NCBI GenBank assembly: GCA_964629685.1
Contig: CAZVTT010000001.1
Coordinates: 244,603-308,602, forward strand
DNA length: 64,000 nt
Direction: 5' to 3'
Source of the DNA: an uncultured Gammaproteobacteria bacterium
Lineage (GTDB): Bacteria > Patescibacteriota > Microgenomatia > UBA10105 > UBA927
Shown here: in pieces, positions 39,075 through 49,557 of the stretch
How positions within the stretch are numbered: position 1 is the stretch's first letter
How the letters are laid out: each line of letters begins with the position of its first letter
Program-made: the position numbers and the translations under genes
Notes under the pieces: generated by a model
What the model was told of the DNA's origin: nothing
The model's database searches: none
Seen by the model: only the letters and a program-made list of their open reading frames with translations

Positions 39075-39432
39075 TTTTTTCAGGAAGCGTTTTCACTTCC
39101 ACACCTGGTGGTATACCAATAATTTTTACTTCCGGTAATTTTCCTAGCTTTCTTAGTAATCCCAGAGTTAAGGGTAAATCATAGTCATGGACGGAAACGC
39201 GCGGAGACAATAAAAAATGTTCTGCGGATGCAAAAACGGTAATACTGTCTATCCCCATTACGGTATCAATCAAAATTATCCGGTTGGTGTTCGCCGATTC
39301 TAGTTCTTCTGTTGGATCGTAATGAATAATCACGTCTTCAGGGAATTCTTCTTTAATCCTCTCGATAAGTGAGAGTGGTAAAGCGTCCGTGGCTTCTATT
39401 TGTGTACCGAGAAAACAGATGAGTCTTGCCAT
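39049..39432 (-). CDS. divergent hydrogenase maturation protease (HycI/HybD-like)
   Basis: LG...D, IILIDTV, SVHDYDL, IIGIP; adjacent to the large subunit. Confidence 0.65.
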   Translation of the reverse strand: MARLICFLGTQIEATDALPLSLIERIKEEFPEDVIIHYDPTEELESANTNRIILIDTVMGIDSITVFASAEHFLLSPRVSVHDYDLPLTLGLLRKLGKLPEVKIIGIPPGVEVKTLPEKITSLLQSI

Positions 39433-40166
39433 ATATGCGAGTTTAGCACGGAAAGCGTACTGGTCATGTACTGTTTTAAATTTCTCAGCTTACGCGGAGA
39501 TAAAGACTCGCAGAACTGACCCCAATGGTAGGAAATCCAGTCCCCGGGTTTGATATCCGCCGCAAGTCGGTCATGAACTCCCTGAGTACTCAGATGTCTA
39601 CGTATAGGCTTTCCCCATAGTAAAATACCATTCGTTGATATTATCGGTTTTGTTAATACTGTCAGCGTTTCTTCTGTTTTGTTAAGTACTTTCCCGAAGT
39701 TAATAATGCAGGCATCCATAGTCCGGATAGTGTGCACATCGGGAATATTTCCGGTTCTGCGGTATATGGCTAATACATGAAAGTTGTGAAATGGCAGACC
39801 ACCCGTATCAATGTGTTGCGCTATAGATAGGAGGGTTTTTTTGGGCACTTTTTTAGCAAGCTGTAAATCATCCGTAAGGTGTTTCATGAAGGGAGATAAT
39901 CCCACGTTTTTTAAGAGGGCATTACCTATCCAGTAGGCTTCCACTACTTCGGGATCAAAAGGATCTTTGCGGTTATTTTCCGCTGCGATAAGTTTAAGGT
40001 ACGGGTATAGTGTTCCGAATTGCTCCAGTAATTCTTTTGTACCTAGATCGACTGTGAGATTACCGGAATACCATGCTAAATCCGTTTGTTTCTCCGGACC
40101 GCACAAGGATAGGGAATTGGGGGGATATGCATATCTGCTGGCGAGCAGCATGCCGACGCGGTTCAT
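39396..40166 (-). CDS. DUF6390-like protein
   Basis: RYAYPPNSL..CGP, YPYL.LIA, VVEAYWIGN, PFHNFHV, GDWISYHWG. Confidence 0.75.
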   Translation of the reverse strand: MNRVGMLLASRYAYPPNSLSLCGPEKQTDLAWYSGNLTVDLGTKELLEQFGTLYPYLKLIAAENNRKDPFDPEVVEAYWIGNALLKNVGLSPFMKHLTDDLQLAKKVPKKTLLSIAQHIDTGGLPFHNFHVLAIYRRTGNIPDVHTIRTMDACIINFGKVLNKTEETLTVLTKPIISTNGILLWGKPIRRHLSTQGVHDRLAADIKPGDWISYHWGQFCESLSPRKLRNLKQYMTSTLSVLNSHIWQDSSVFSVHK

Positions 40167-41068
40167 AAGCTGGCGGTTTTTGACTGTGCGGTTTTTCCCT
40201 GAGCAAATACTGCAATAAGAACAGTACCCAGAACAGTTGCAGCAAACGGAACGGTTAAAACGGAAGTAATCGGTTGCGACAGAAATAGTACGGATAGAAC
40301 GCCGGTTATGGGTGTAGCCAGTACCAGGAGTGCAGTTGCTACCGTTGCCGGAGCATATTTAAGTGCGGTATACCATGACAGCACATACGCGCTTAAAAAC
40401 ATAATGCTTCCTATAATTGCCGGAAGTTGTGTCGGCGTAACCGCAAAAATTAACGAAGCTTTATTGGTTGTTATAGCAACACAAAGTAAGAATATTGTAC
40501 CAAAAAACATTCTTGCCCAGGAGACTATTCCGGGATCCAATTTTCTGAGTGCATACGCAGAAATCACGTTTTCCACCGACCAGAGCAGCGTTGCTGAGAG
40601 GATCATCCATTCTCCGCGGGTTGCGGTAAATCCGTTAAAGCCGAACAGAACATTACTCCAGAGAATTGCGACATACCCCAGGATCTGCCAGCGATTTAAT
40701 TTTTCTTTAAGATAGGGAATTGCGAGAAGTGCGACCCAGATAAATAAAGTTTTTTGTATAACGTTTGCGTTAAGTGCCGGAACTGTTTTAAGTCCTTCGA
40801 AGAACAGCCAAAAGGGAAGGCCGCCACCGATCAGTCCGATGGCGAGCAGTTTTTTCCAATCGTTAACGGCTAACGTTTTTATAGTATTAACTTTCCCACG
40901 TAGAAGAAGTAAAGCCGTTAGAATAATTGCCACACCGCCGTTTTTTAAAATATTAAATATCAGAGAATCAATTCCTTTAACGACAAATATTTTGTTATAA
41001 AAAATGGAACATCCCGAAATAAATGCCGTGAGTACTGCCAGTGTAATTCCTAATTTTTTATTCATCAT
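40163..41068 (-). CDS. EamA/DMT family transporter
   Basis: About 10 TM helices; LFFEGL, YLKEKL, WYTALKY. Confidence 0.85.
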   Translation of the reverse strand: MMNKKLGITLAVLTAFISGCSIFYNKIFVVKGIDSLIFNILKNGGVAIILTALLLLRGKVNTIKTLAVNDWKKLLAIGLIGGGLPFWLFFEGLKTVPALNANVIQKTLFIWVALLAIPYLKEKLNRWQILGYVAILWSNVLFGFNGFTATRGEWMILSATLLWSVENVISAYALRKLDPGIVSWARMFFGTIFLLCVAITTNKASLIFAVTPTQLPAIIGSIMFLSAYVLSWYTALKYAPATVATALLVLATPITGVLSVLFLSQPITSVLTVPFAATVLGTVLIAVFAQGKTAQSKTASL

Positions 41069-41273
41069 AGTACGTGTTTAAGTCTTTAATCAGTTTTCTG
41101 ATTTTTAATCCCTGTGTAGCGGATAGTTTTGCTACAACAATATTTCCTATAATCTGTACGTAATCTCCCTGTTTAACCGTAATCTCTGCCCCCAGTGTAA
41201 CAACTTCATTGGTATCGATCAATGCCGTTCCGTTTTTTACTTCCAGTACTTTACGCGGTATGGAGAAACACAT
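41058..41273 (-). CDS. hypC: HypC/HybG/HupF family hydrogenase chaperone
   Basis: MCFSIPRKVLEV...A.ID...GDYV. Confidence 0.75.
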   Translation of the reverse strand: MCFSIPRKVLEVKNGTALIDTNEVVTLGAEITVKQGDYVQIIGNIVVAKLSATQGLKIRKLIKDLNTYYDE

Positions 41274-41278
41274 AATTA

Positions 41279-42574
41279 CTATTTTACTAAATATTTCCGA
41301 TTATCGCCGGAGTTACCGTTTATATTTCGAAGACAGAGGACGATGTATGTTAAGAGCAAAAATAAACAGACGGGAGGCCAACTGGCCAGTATCGTTTTCC
41401 ACGGTGAAAGCGAATCGACAATGCCGAGAAGCGATAACGGGGTCTGCCATTGTCCGAAAAGCAGCGGTAACACCCCGCAGACAAATAAAGCAGTAAGCAT
41501 ATTCCGTTTATAGTGTATTTGCCGTAGTAGTATAACGGCAAGCGAGAGGGGAACCAGTAAGAGCGGTACGTTCCAGTTCCATGAGAGCGGAAACGTAATA
41601 AATGCAACGATAGTCAGGTAGCCGTACAAAAGAATGAAGGAATGTTGTGAATATTGTTGTTTTAGATGGTTAAGCAATAGCAGGAATATACAGAGAAAAA
41701 TACCTGAAATACCGGTTGCGATTAAGGATATTTCCCCCAGCGGAATGTCCGCAATAAACGGTGTCATACCGGAAAAAGGATACCCGGATATCGGTCGGAT
41801 TATCGTGGCCGCTATCGTCCAGTTATTCGGATCTCCGAGAAAAAATTTTTCATTCGGAATTACGTTTGTACCATATGCCGCGATATTCGGAATACCGAGA
41901 GTAAAAACGGTAATAGCCCAACCGGTAACGAATAACAAGAAACCATTCCGCGCTTCTTTCTTATTACCCGTTATATAAAATCCCAGCAGTAAAATTATCG
42001 GCCATAGTTTTATAAGAGCGGCAAAGCCGAGAATAAGTGCCGCTGTATTTCTGTTTTCTCGCTGATATGCATAGGCACTGAGTGCGAGCAGGAGTAATAA
42101 CACAGATGAAACGTTATGAATGGAATTGGCTATGTGAAACGGATACCAATAATAACTAAAAGCCAGAAAGAACAGAATACCCCTGACGACAGGAGCGTTG
42201 AGAAGTCTAAGTAACAAAATACCGGCGAAGACGTAGGCGCAAATGGAAAATATGTCGAAAATATAATTTGCAGTTTGTTCCGAAAAAAACGTAAACGGAA
42301 TATAGAAAACTACTGAACTGGGGGGATGGGCGCTGTACTGTATATCCGTGGGGAAGGGAATCGTCCAACAACTGATCGGCGTGTAAATGGGTTGTCCGGT
42401 TATAAACCGTTTTGCAGCAACGTAATTTTGACAGAAGTCATTTACCTGATACGTTACCGATTGGAAACTAACTAATACAAATATGACAATCGCAGAAATA
42501 ATGAAATACATTCGGCTAAGTTGAAATACTGATTTCCACATACCTGTATCACCGTAATGGAGAAAGTATAGCAC
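41279..42574 (-). CDS. GT87-like membrane glycosyltransferase
   Basis: DF..NYVAA, HPP...FY.PF, AALIKLWP, SWNWN; polytopic. Confidence 0.75.
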   Translation of the reverse strand: MLYFLHYGDTGMWKSVFQLSRMYFIISAIVIFVLVSFQSVTYQVNDFCQNYVAAKRFITGQPIYTPISCWTIPFPTDIQYSAHPPSSVVFYIPFTFFSEQTANYIFDIFSICAYVFAGILLLRLLNAPVVRGILFFLAFSYYWYPFHIANSIHNVSSVLLLLLALSAYAYQRENRNTAALILGFAALIKLWPIILLLGFYITGNKKEARNGFLLFVTGWAITVFTLGIPNIAAYGTNVIPNEKFFLGDPNNWTIAATIIRPISGYPFSGMTPFIADIPLGEISLIATGISGIFLCIFLLLLNHLKQQYSQHSFILLYGYLTIVAFITFPLSWNWNVPLLLVPLSLAVILLRQIHYKRNMLTALFVCGVLPLLFGQWQTPLSLLGIVDSLSPWKTILASWPPVCLFLLLTYIVLCLRNINGNSGDNRKYLVK

Positions 42575-42898
42575 CCGGAGTATGAATTCACCCTTGGATG
42601 GATGACGGAATGACGTCAGTGAATAACCTATAGTTGATTTTGATTGTTATTTATAATACACTTCCAGCTTATCCCCGGCAGAATTTGCTCTGTTCAGGGG
42701 TATAGCACTTTAACGTATCCCGGAAATTGTACGCGCCCTGATGACGTGCGAAAGCAGTTCATGAACTATCGTGTATTGCTGTCGCACGTTTTCTATTGTC
42801 GGATGAAATGATCAACGAACAAAATAACGACAATGCTTTGGCTACGGCTGAAGGGGCGGAGAGGCGTGTAAGCAAGTTAATGATGAAGGGAGTTTACT

Positions 42899-43168
42899 AT
42901 GGCTAATCAACCACCAGTCCCCGTTTCTACGAAGGACAACCCCCGCCTTGCTTTTGAGGTGCCGTCCAATGCCGTCCAGTGTGACGAGTGTGGCGGTTGC
43001 CAGATGACCGATGCCGTCGAGTGTGATGTTTTGGTAATGAAATGCCCCAATGGGCATGTACTTCGCTATTCGATACACGGCGGCGTGACCGAATGCCCCG
43101 AATGTAACGAGGCGATGACCATGCAATCCTGCGGTGGACATCTACACCCGCTCGTCATACACGAATAA
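42899..43168 (+). CDS. small Cys/His-rich putative zinc-ribbon protein
   Basis: CDECGGC, CPNGH, CPEC, CGGH; SD GAAGGGAG; visibly GC-richer than flanks. Confidence 0.65.
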   Translation: MANQPPVPVSTKDNPRLAFEVPSNAVQCDECGGCQMTDAVECDVLVMKCPNGHVLRYSIHGGVTECPECNEAMTMQSCGGHLHPLVIHE

Positions 43169-43326
43169 CCAACCGGAGGCCCGCCCCCTCCCAGACAATT
43201 CCCGGATTACCGTCCGTTTTTTAGGCGCATGACGCGAGAAGCATGAAGACAAGTTGAGTACTCCGGTACTATGACCCTAATTCTGTTTACTTGCTTATGC
43301 GCCTTTTTCGTGGTGTTAAATACAAA

Positions 43327-44373
43327 TCAGGCTGCTTTTTGTGCGGGTTTTTCGCCGATCGGCCTGCGGGATGTTACGGAAAACGGGTTATAGTTTTCCC
43401 ATTGGATTTCATTTATCCTTGCCATAATCCGGTCACGTAAAACTGTCGAGCGCTCATCCTGAGTTTTATCCAGCGGAATATAGTGTGCTTCCGTATCGTA
43501 CCGGCTACCGTCCCACTTTTGACCTCCGTTATTCAGGAAATCTACGAGATTCAGTGACTTCACGATATTCCAGAAATCGGCTTCGGTTTTTTGTGTTCGG
43601 ATGGTATCAAATTGTACATGTGCCTGGTCCAGTTTTGCTGTCCGCAATGCATCGCGGATCTGTAAAAACAGTGCTTGCGCTTCCGCAGTGGTGGTATTGG
43701 TTCTGCCATTCTCTGCAGCGCCGTACATAAATACGCTAAAACTGTTATATGCGGATTGCAGTGCTTCCGGATCCCCTGAAGCTAATGCTTGTTCCGCAGT
43801 TACTTTTGTCCGGGAAAACCAGGAAACATTTTTAGCTTCTACAATTGCGGCGATCATGTCGCGGCCATGTGCATGCACGGTCGGATCGGTAATGGTAACA
43901 TGTGCCACCAGATCTTTCTTCATATAGACGGGGTCCGGTATTTCTTCCCAGGTTGTATATTCGGCAGTTCTTACCAATTTTGCTGCACGAATATGTGCAC
44001 GTTCGAACATTTGTTGCGCTTCCGTATACGACGTAGCCTGTAAACGAAGACCTTCTGCCTTATATTCGTCTGATTCCCGCTCGAGTGCGGTTCTGAGGGC
44101 CGCAGTGTAGTCGGTTTGTTCGCTTTCGCTTAATTTGCCACCGGCCAGTTGCAAGGAGAGATGTGATTGTTCAAGAACGACGGATAAATCCGTTTCAGGT
44201 GCAAGTGCAAACCATGCAGGGAATGATTCAGCCAGCAGGGGTTCATTGTTGACTGCGGCTCCAATACTGCGGGCTACAAACCCTTGGGCTTCCGCAACAT
44301 CAATTTTTGCTACTTCTGCAGGAAGCGGACTTGCGGGAGAAAAAATGCGTTCTGCGATTTCTGGTACTGCCAT
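43327..44373 (-). CDS. hypothetical protein
   Basis: 348 aa Ala/Glu-rich helical ORF; no family recognised. Confidence 0.7.
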   Translation of the reverse strand: MAVPEIAERIFSPASPLPAEVAKIDVAEAQGFVARSIGAAVNNEPLLAESFPAWFALAPETDLSVVLEQSHLSLQLAGGKLSESEQTDYTAALRTALERESDEYKAEGLRLQATSYTEAQQMFERAHIRAAKLVRTAEYTTWEEIPDPVYMKKDLVAHVTITDPTVHAHGRDMIAAIVEAKNVSWFSRTKVTAEQALASGDPEALQSAYNSFSVFMYGAAENGRTNTTTAEAQALFLQIRDALRTAKLDQAHVQFDTIRTQKTEADFWNIVKSLNLVDFLNNGGQKWDGSRYDTEAHYIPLDKTQDERSTVLRDRIMARINEIQWENYNPFSVTSRRPIGEKPAQKAA

Positions 44374-44479
44374 AGTATTACCTTTCGATAGAGTATTTTT
44401 ATATTATATGAGTCAGGATTGTAGCATAGAATCAATGTTTTTCAAATTTTAAAGGCATTTACGGTATACTAATCTGCAT

Positions 44480-44950
44480 ATGATTACCTGTCAGTTTGAA
44501 AACGGAACTACTGCCGCATTGCGTCACGTGGTGGTTCATGCGCTTGTGGTTCAAGACGGGAAGTTACTGTTAGTGAAACGGGGAGAAGGGATGTTGGAAG
44601 GGGGAAAATGGGGGTTACCCGGAGGCTTTCTCGATCGAAATGAAACTATATCGCAGGCCGTGCTGCGTGAGTTACGGGAGGAAACCGGTTGGGAGGGTGA
44701 GGTGGTCTCTTTATTACAAATCAATTCGCTTCCCGATCGCCCTCATGAAGACAGACAAAATGTTGCATTCGATTTTATTGTTAAACCGTTACGGCAGACA
44801 GGCAAACCGGATGCGGAATCAAGTGCGGTAGCATGGGTACCTTTAACGGATGTATTACCGTTATCTGAATATGCCTTTGACCACGGAGAATCCATTGCTC
44901 TCTTTCTGAAATACCAAAAGGAATCTTTTCTGTTGCCCTATCTGAGATGA
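44480..44950 (+). CDS. NUDIX hydrolase
   Basis: WGLPGGFLDRNETISQAVLRELREETG. Confidence 0.92.
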   Translation: MITCQFENGTTAALRHVVVHALVVQDGKLLLVKRGEGMLEGGKWGLPGGFLDRNETISQAVLRELREETGWEGEVVSLLQINSLPDRPHEDRQNVAFDFIVKPLRQTGKPDAESSAVAWVPLTDVLPLSEYAFDHGESIALFLKYQKESFLLPYLR

Positions 44951-45000
44951 GAGAGAACACCATGTGTTTGCCCTCATAAGTATGGTATGCTCCGGCTACA

Positions 45001-46800
45001 ATGAACGACATTGAAGAAGTAAAATCCCGCCTCAATATTGTCGATATTATCGGACTGCGTGTGAAATTGACTAAAGCCGGTCGGAATTTTAAAGGCCTGT
45101 GTCCGTTTCATAATGAAAAAACTCCTTCGTTTATGGTTTCCGCGGACAGACAGTCGTTTCATTGTTTCGGATGCGGCAAAGGTGGTTCCGTCATTGATTT
45201 TGTAATGGAGTATGAACGGGTGGATTTTAGGGAAGCTCTGGAAACATTGGCAGAAAAAGCCGGCGTAAAATTGCAGAATAAAATTGAAAATACTCCGGAG
45301 ATGAAGCTGAAGGAAGCAATTCTGCAGGTAAATCATTTAGCGGGTGAATTTTATCAATATATATTAACGACTCACGCAATTGGAGAAAATGCCCGTAAAT
45401 ACATACGGGATAGGGGAGTAAGTGAAAAAGTAGTAAAAACATTTGCACTGGGATATAGCCCGAACAGTTGGGACGGACTTCATAGTTTTCTGAAAAAGAA
45501 AGGATATGATGACAAAATTCTGGAATCTGCCGGTTTAATTCTGAAAACCCAGCATAGTACCGCGGAACATCCCCGTTACTATGACAGATTCCGCGGCAGG
45601 TTGATGTTTACCCTTAAAGATCATCGGGGAAATGTTGTCGGATTTGCCGGTCGGCTATTGGATCCGGCAGCCAAGGAAGCCAAATACATAAATACATCGG
45701 AAACGCCGGTATATAGCAAAAGCAATGTGCTCTACGGTTTGGATATTACGAAGCAAGCTATTCAGAAAAGTAACGAAGCTATTATTATGGAAGGTGAGTT
45801 TGACGTAATTTCTTCGTTTCAGGCCGGCATCAGTAACGTGGTAGCCATAAAAGGTTCGGCTCTTACGGAAGGTCATGTACATTTATTACGACGGTTTACC
45901 GAGCGGATTACGTTTGCGTTGGACAGCGATATGGCGGGAGACGCAGCCAGCAGGCGGGGTATAGAAATAGCGGAGCGGGCCGGATTGGATATGAAGGTCG
46001 TTATATTGCCCGACGGAAAAGATCCTGATGATGTCGCCAGAGAAACACCCGGGCAGCTAAAACAGGCGATTAAGGATGCAATTTCCATTTACGATTATTA
46101 TTTTACGTCGGCATTTAAACGGTATGACACACAGGACCCGTACGGGAAGAAAAAGATCAGCGACGAATTAATTCCCAGTATCGCCAAAATAGATAATCCT
46201 ATTGTGCAGGGGCATTATGTGCGGCGACTTGCAGAACAATTGGGAGTAGCTGAAGACGTGGTAGTGGAAGGAATCCGGAAATTCCGTCGTGGTGTAGCAC
46301 ATAGTGTGGGATCCCGGGCGCCCGTTCCTGCTCCCGTTTCGTCCCAGCCGGACAGGAACAGAATGGAGCGCTTGGAAATATATATTCTGGCCTTACTCCT
46401 GCAGGGAAAAACCATCGACCTGTTGGAGGATTTGAAAGATACTATTCAGCCAACGGAATTCAGCTTGCCTTCGGTAAAGCAACTGTTGGAGCAACTGGCA
46501 AAATTCTTGGAAACACATCCGGTGTTTTTTCTGAAAGACTTTGCGGATAGTGTTCCTCCGGAGTTAGTGGCCATACTCGACGAAGCGTGTCTGTGGGATT
46601 TAGCCACTCTTACCGATAATGAAGATACTTACGCCCGTGAATGGACCCGCAGCATCCGGGAACTACGCAAGTTACAGTTAAAAACCAGAATTCAGCAGTT
46701 AACCGCGGCTCTTACCGATGAAAACGATGCCACGTATCAGGAGGATTTGGGAAAGTTGACCCGCGAGCTTTCCCTGCTGGAAAAATCTCAGGTGGTTTGA
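45001..46800 (+). CDS. dnaG: DNA primase
   Basis: CPFHNEKTPSF...CFGC zinc finger, DRFRGRLMF, EGEFDV, DSDMAG. Confidence 0.98.
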   Translation: MNDIEEVKSRLNIVDIIGLRVKLTKAGRNFKGLCPFHNEKTPSFMVSADRQSFHCFGCGKGGSVIDFVMEYERVDFREALETLAEKAGVKLQNKIENTPEMKLKEAILQVNHLAGEFYQYILTTHAIGENARKYIRDRGVSEKVVKTFALGYSPNSWDGLHSFLKKKGYDDKILESAGLILKTQHSTAEHPRYYDRFRGRLMFTLKDHRGNVVGFAGRLLDPAAKEAKYINTSETPVYSKSNVLYGLDITKQAIQKSNEAIIMEGEFDVISSFQAGISNVVAIKGSALTEGHVHLLRRFTERITFALDSDMAGDAASRRGIEIAERAGLDMKVVILPDGKDPDDVARETPGQLKQAIKDAISIYDYYFTSAFKRYDTQDPYGKKKISDELIPSIAKIDNPIVQGHYVRRLAEQLGVAEDVVVEGIRKFRRGVAHSVGSRAPVPAPVSSQPDRNRMERLEIYILALLLQGKTIDLLEDLKDTIQPTEFSLPSVKQLLEQLAKFLETHPVFFLKDFADSVPPELVAILDEACLWDLATLTDNEDTYAREWTRSIRELRKLQLKTRIQQLTAALTDENDATYQEDLGKLTRELSLLEKSQVV

Positions 46801-46896
46801 TATAATCACCTCGGCTTTAAGCGAAGTCTTTTGTTTTTGTCCCGAAATAGTCGTTTAGGCGCTTATTTACTGGCGGAAGCAAAGACTAACGGAAAT

Positions 46897-47988
46897 ATGG
46901 CTAAAACTGCAAAAACTCTTACCAGTGTTGAAGAATTATTAACTGACGGCCGTGAAAACGGATTCGTGACTCAGGAAGATATTCTCACGCTTTTCCCCAA
47001 ACCCGAAGATCATATCCAGCAACTGGACAGTCTATATGACCAACTCATCCGCCAGGGAATAGACGTATTTGAAACGACGACTCAGGACATGGAAAAAGAG
47101 TCGAGTAAAAGTATTCAGGATCTGGAAAAGGAAATTGAGGCATTAGCCCGAGCCAGTGCCGAAGGTGTTTCCGATCCGGTAAGAATGTATCTGAAGGAAA
47201 TCGGCAGAATTCCGCTTCTGAAATTTGAAGATGAAATTGCATTGGCCAAGCGGTTCGAAAAAGAGGATATGGAAGCCAAAAAGAAGCTTACCGAATCAAA
47301 TCTCCGTCTCGTCGTTTCCATCGCCAAAAAATATATCGGCCGCGGCATGAGTTTACTGGATTTAATTCAGGAAGGTAATCAGGGGTTAATTCGGGCAGTG
47401 GAAAAGTATGATTGGCGCAAAGGATTCAAATTTTCCACCTATGCCACCTGGTGGATCCGTCAGGCAATTACCCGCGCCATAGCCGATCAGGCCCGTACTA
47501 TACGTATTCCTGTGCATATGGTGGAAACGATTAACCGCTTTATCCGTGCTTCCCGGCGGTTAATGCAGGAACTCGGACGCGAACCAACACCGGAAGAAAT
47601 TGCCAAAGTCATGGAAGTAGATGTGACGAAAGTCCGGGAAATTATGAAAGTTTCCCAGGAGCCTACCAGTTTGGAGACACCGGTAGGGGATGAAGAAGAC
47701 AGTCATTTAGGTGATTTTATTTCCGATCCCGGCCCTTCACCGTATGATCAGACATCCCGTCAATTATTAAAAGAACACATGGAAGAAGTCCTTTCGACGC
47801 TTTCCGATCGTGAACGGAAAGTACTTATACTTAGGTTCGGTCTGGAAGACGGACGTCCACGGACGCTGGAAGAAGTCGGAAGTCAATTCGGCGTTACCCG
47901 GGAGCGTATCCGCCAAATAGAAGCGAAAGCCCTGCGCAAGTTGCGTCATCCCAGCCGCAGTAAGAAATTAAAAGATTACCTCGAATAA
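46897..47988 (+). CDS. rpoD: RNA polymerase primary sigma factor
   Basis: [66 protein letters not shown]. Confidence 0.98.
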   Translation: MAKTAKTLTSVEELLTDGRENGFVTQEDILTLFPKPEDHIQQLDSLYDQLIRQGIDVFETTTQDMEKESSKSIQDLEKEIEALARASAEGVSDPVRMYLKEIGRIPLLKFEDEIALAKRFEKEDMEAKKKLTESNLRLVVSIAKKYIGRGMSLLDLIQEGNQGLIRAVEKYDWRKGFKFSTYATWWIRQAITRAIADQARTIRIPVHMVETINRFIRASRRLMQELGREPTPEEIAKVMEVDVTKVREIMKVSQEPTSLETPVGDEEDSHLGDFISDPGPSPYDQTSRQLLKEHMEEVLSTLSDRERKVLILRFGLEDGRPRTLEEVGSQFGVTRERIRQIEAKALRKLRHPSRSKKLKDYLE

Positions 47989-48059
47989 CGAAATTAAACC
48001 GTTAATTGTGTGGTTTCTCTCACACTTCTACGCATGAATGGTGTATCCTATGTACTATT

Positions 48060-49517
48060 ATGATACATCGAGCGTTCACTAAAATCGTTGCTACTATCGG
48101 ACCCGCGTCCGAAACTCCCGAACAATTGCACGCACTGTTAAAAGCCGGCGTCAGCGTGTTTCGGTTTAACCTAAAACATAACACGCCTGAATGGCACAGC
48201 GAACGGATAAATCGGGTCAGAAAAGCGTCTGCGGACAGCGGACTGCCGGTAGCCATTCTGTTGGATTTGCAGGGACCGGAGATTCGCACGGGTTCACTGG
48301 ATGTCGCGGGAATTACGCTTCGGGCAGGGGAACAGGTAACCATTGCATTTGAAGAAAAAGTACCGGTTGTGGGTGCTCCGGCACCTGAACGACAGGGTAT
48401 AACCATTCAGAACAGAATTGTATTGGAGCAGCTAAAAGTCGATGACACGTTATTAATTGATGATGGCAAAATACAACTAAAAGTACTCAGAAAAAATCCG
48501 GATATTGTCGCGGAGGTTGTTGAAGGCGGTAAGCTTGGCAGTAAAAAAAGCGTATCCATTCCGGATATGAATTACGACTTGCCGACACTGGTAGATCGGG
48601 ATTTTGAGTTTATATCGTTAGCTGCCCGGGAAGATGTGGATTTTATTGCGCTTTCGTTTGTGCGTACGGCAAATGATATAGAAATTTTGCGGAAAGAGTT
48701 GGTTAAGCAAAAGGTTAAGGCGGATGTGATTGCCAAAATAGAAACCGGCGAAGCCCTAAAACATATTCCGGAAATTATTGCCGCTGCAGACGGACTGATG
48801 GTTGCACGCGGTGATTTGGGTGTGGAATTGCCCATGGAACAGGTTCCGTACTATCAGAAGCATCTGATAAAAGCCTGTCTGGAAATGGGGAAGCCCGTTA
48901 TTACGGCAACACAGATGCTGGAATCGATGATTGAAAATTCTTTTCCGACCAGAGCGGAAGTTAGTGATGTCGCAAATGCAGTATATGACTTTACGGATGC
49001 AGTGATGTTATCCGGAGAAACCGCTATGGGTAAACATCCGGTGAAGCCCGTAGAGATGATGCAGCGCACAGCGAAGTTTATCGAACATCACCGGAAGTTT
49101 CCGGATGTGCCGTATGTAATAGAATCGCAGTCACAGGCAATCATGCATGCAGTGTCTGATTTTGCGATGCCGAAAACCTATCATCAGCAGCATATAAAAG
49201 CGTTAGTGGTACTGACGGAATCGGGGTATTCAGTAAAAATGCTGGCCCGGCACCGGCCGCACGTACCGATTATTGCGTTAACGCGGCATAAAAGCGTACG
49301 GGATAAATTATTACTCGTACACGGTGTAATACCGTTGTATTTCCGGTTTACCCCTCTCGATGATAAGCAGGAGTTTGTTACACAGATTACGGAAATGATC
49401 GCTGCCGTGAAGGATGCCGGTTATGTCCAAACGGGGGATAAGGTGCTTATGGTATACGGGGACCACTGGGGAATAAGCGGTAATACGAATGTGATGCGGA
49501 TAGAAGATGTAGATTAA
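48060..49517 (+). CDS. pyk: pyruvate kinase
   Basis: TKIVATIGPAS, DLQGPEIR, MVARGDLGVE, TATQMLESM, AVMLSGETA. Confidence 0.98.
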   Translation: MIHRAFTKIVATIGPASETPEQLHALLKAGVSVFRFNLKHNTPEWHSERINRVRKASADSGLPVAILLDLQGPEIRTGSLDVAGITLRAGEQVTIAFEEKVPVVGAPAPERQGITIQNRIVLEQLKVDDTLLIDDGKIQLKVLRKNPDIVAEVVEGGKLGSKKSVSIPDMNYDLPTLVDRDFEFISLAAREDVDFIALSFVRTANDIEILRKELVKQKVKADVIAKIETGEALKHIPEIIAAADGLMVARGDLGVELPMEQVPYYQKHLIKACLEMGKPVITATQMLESMIENSFPTRAEVSDVANAVYDFTDAVMLSGETAMGKHPVKPVEMMQRTAKFIEHHRKFPDVPYVIESQSQAIMHAVSDFAMPKTYHQQHIKALVVLTESGYSVKMLARHRPHVPIIALTRHKSVRDKLLLVHGVIPLYFRFTPLDDKQEFVTQITEMIAAVKDAGYVQTGDKVLMVYGDHWGISGNTNVMRIEDVD

Positions 49518-49557
49518 CGCTTGCTGCACCTTGTAAACCATTGTACGCTAAGAATAT

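Noticed and set aside
42842-43141. Minus-strand 99-aa ORF overlapping the Cys-rich gene
   Set aside because: The + strand ORF has an SD and coherent metal-binding motifs; the minus-strand ORF has no recognisable motif.
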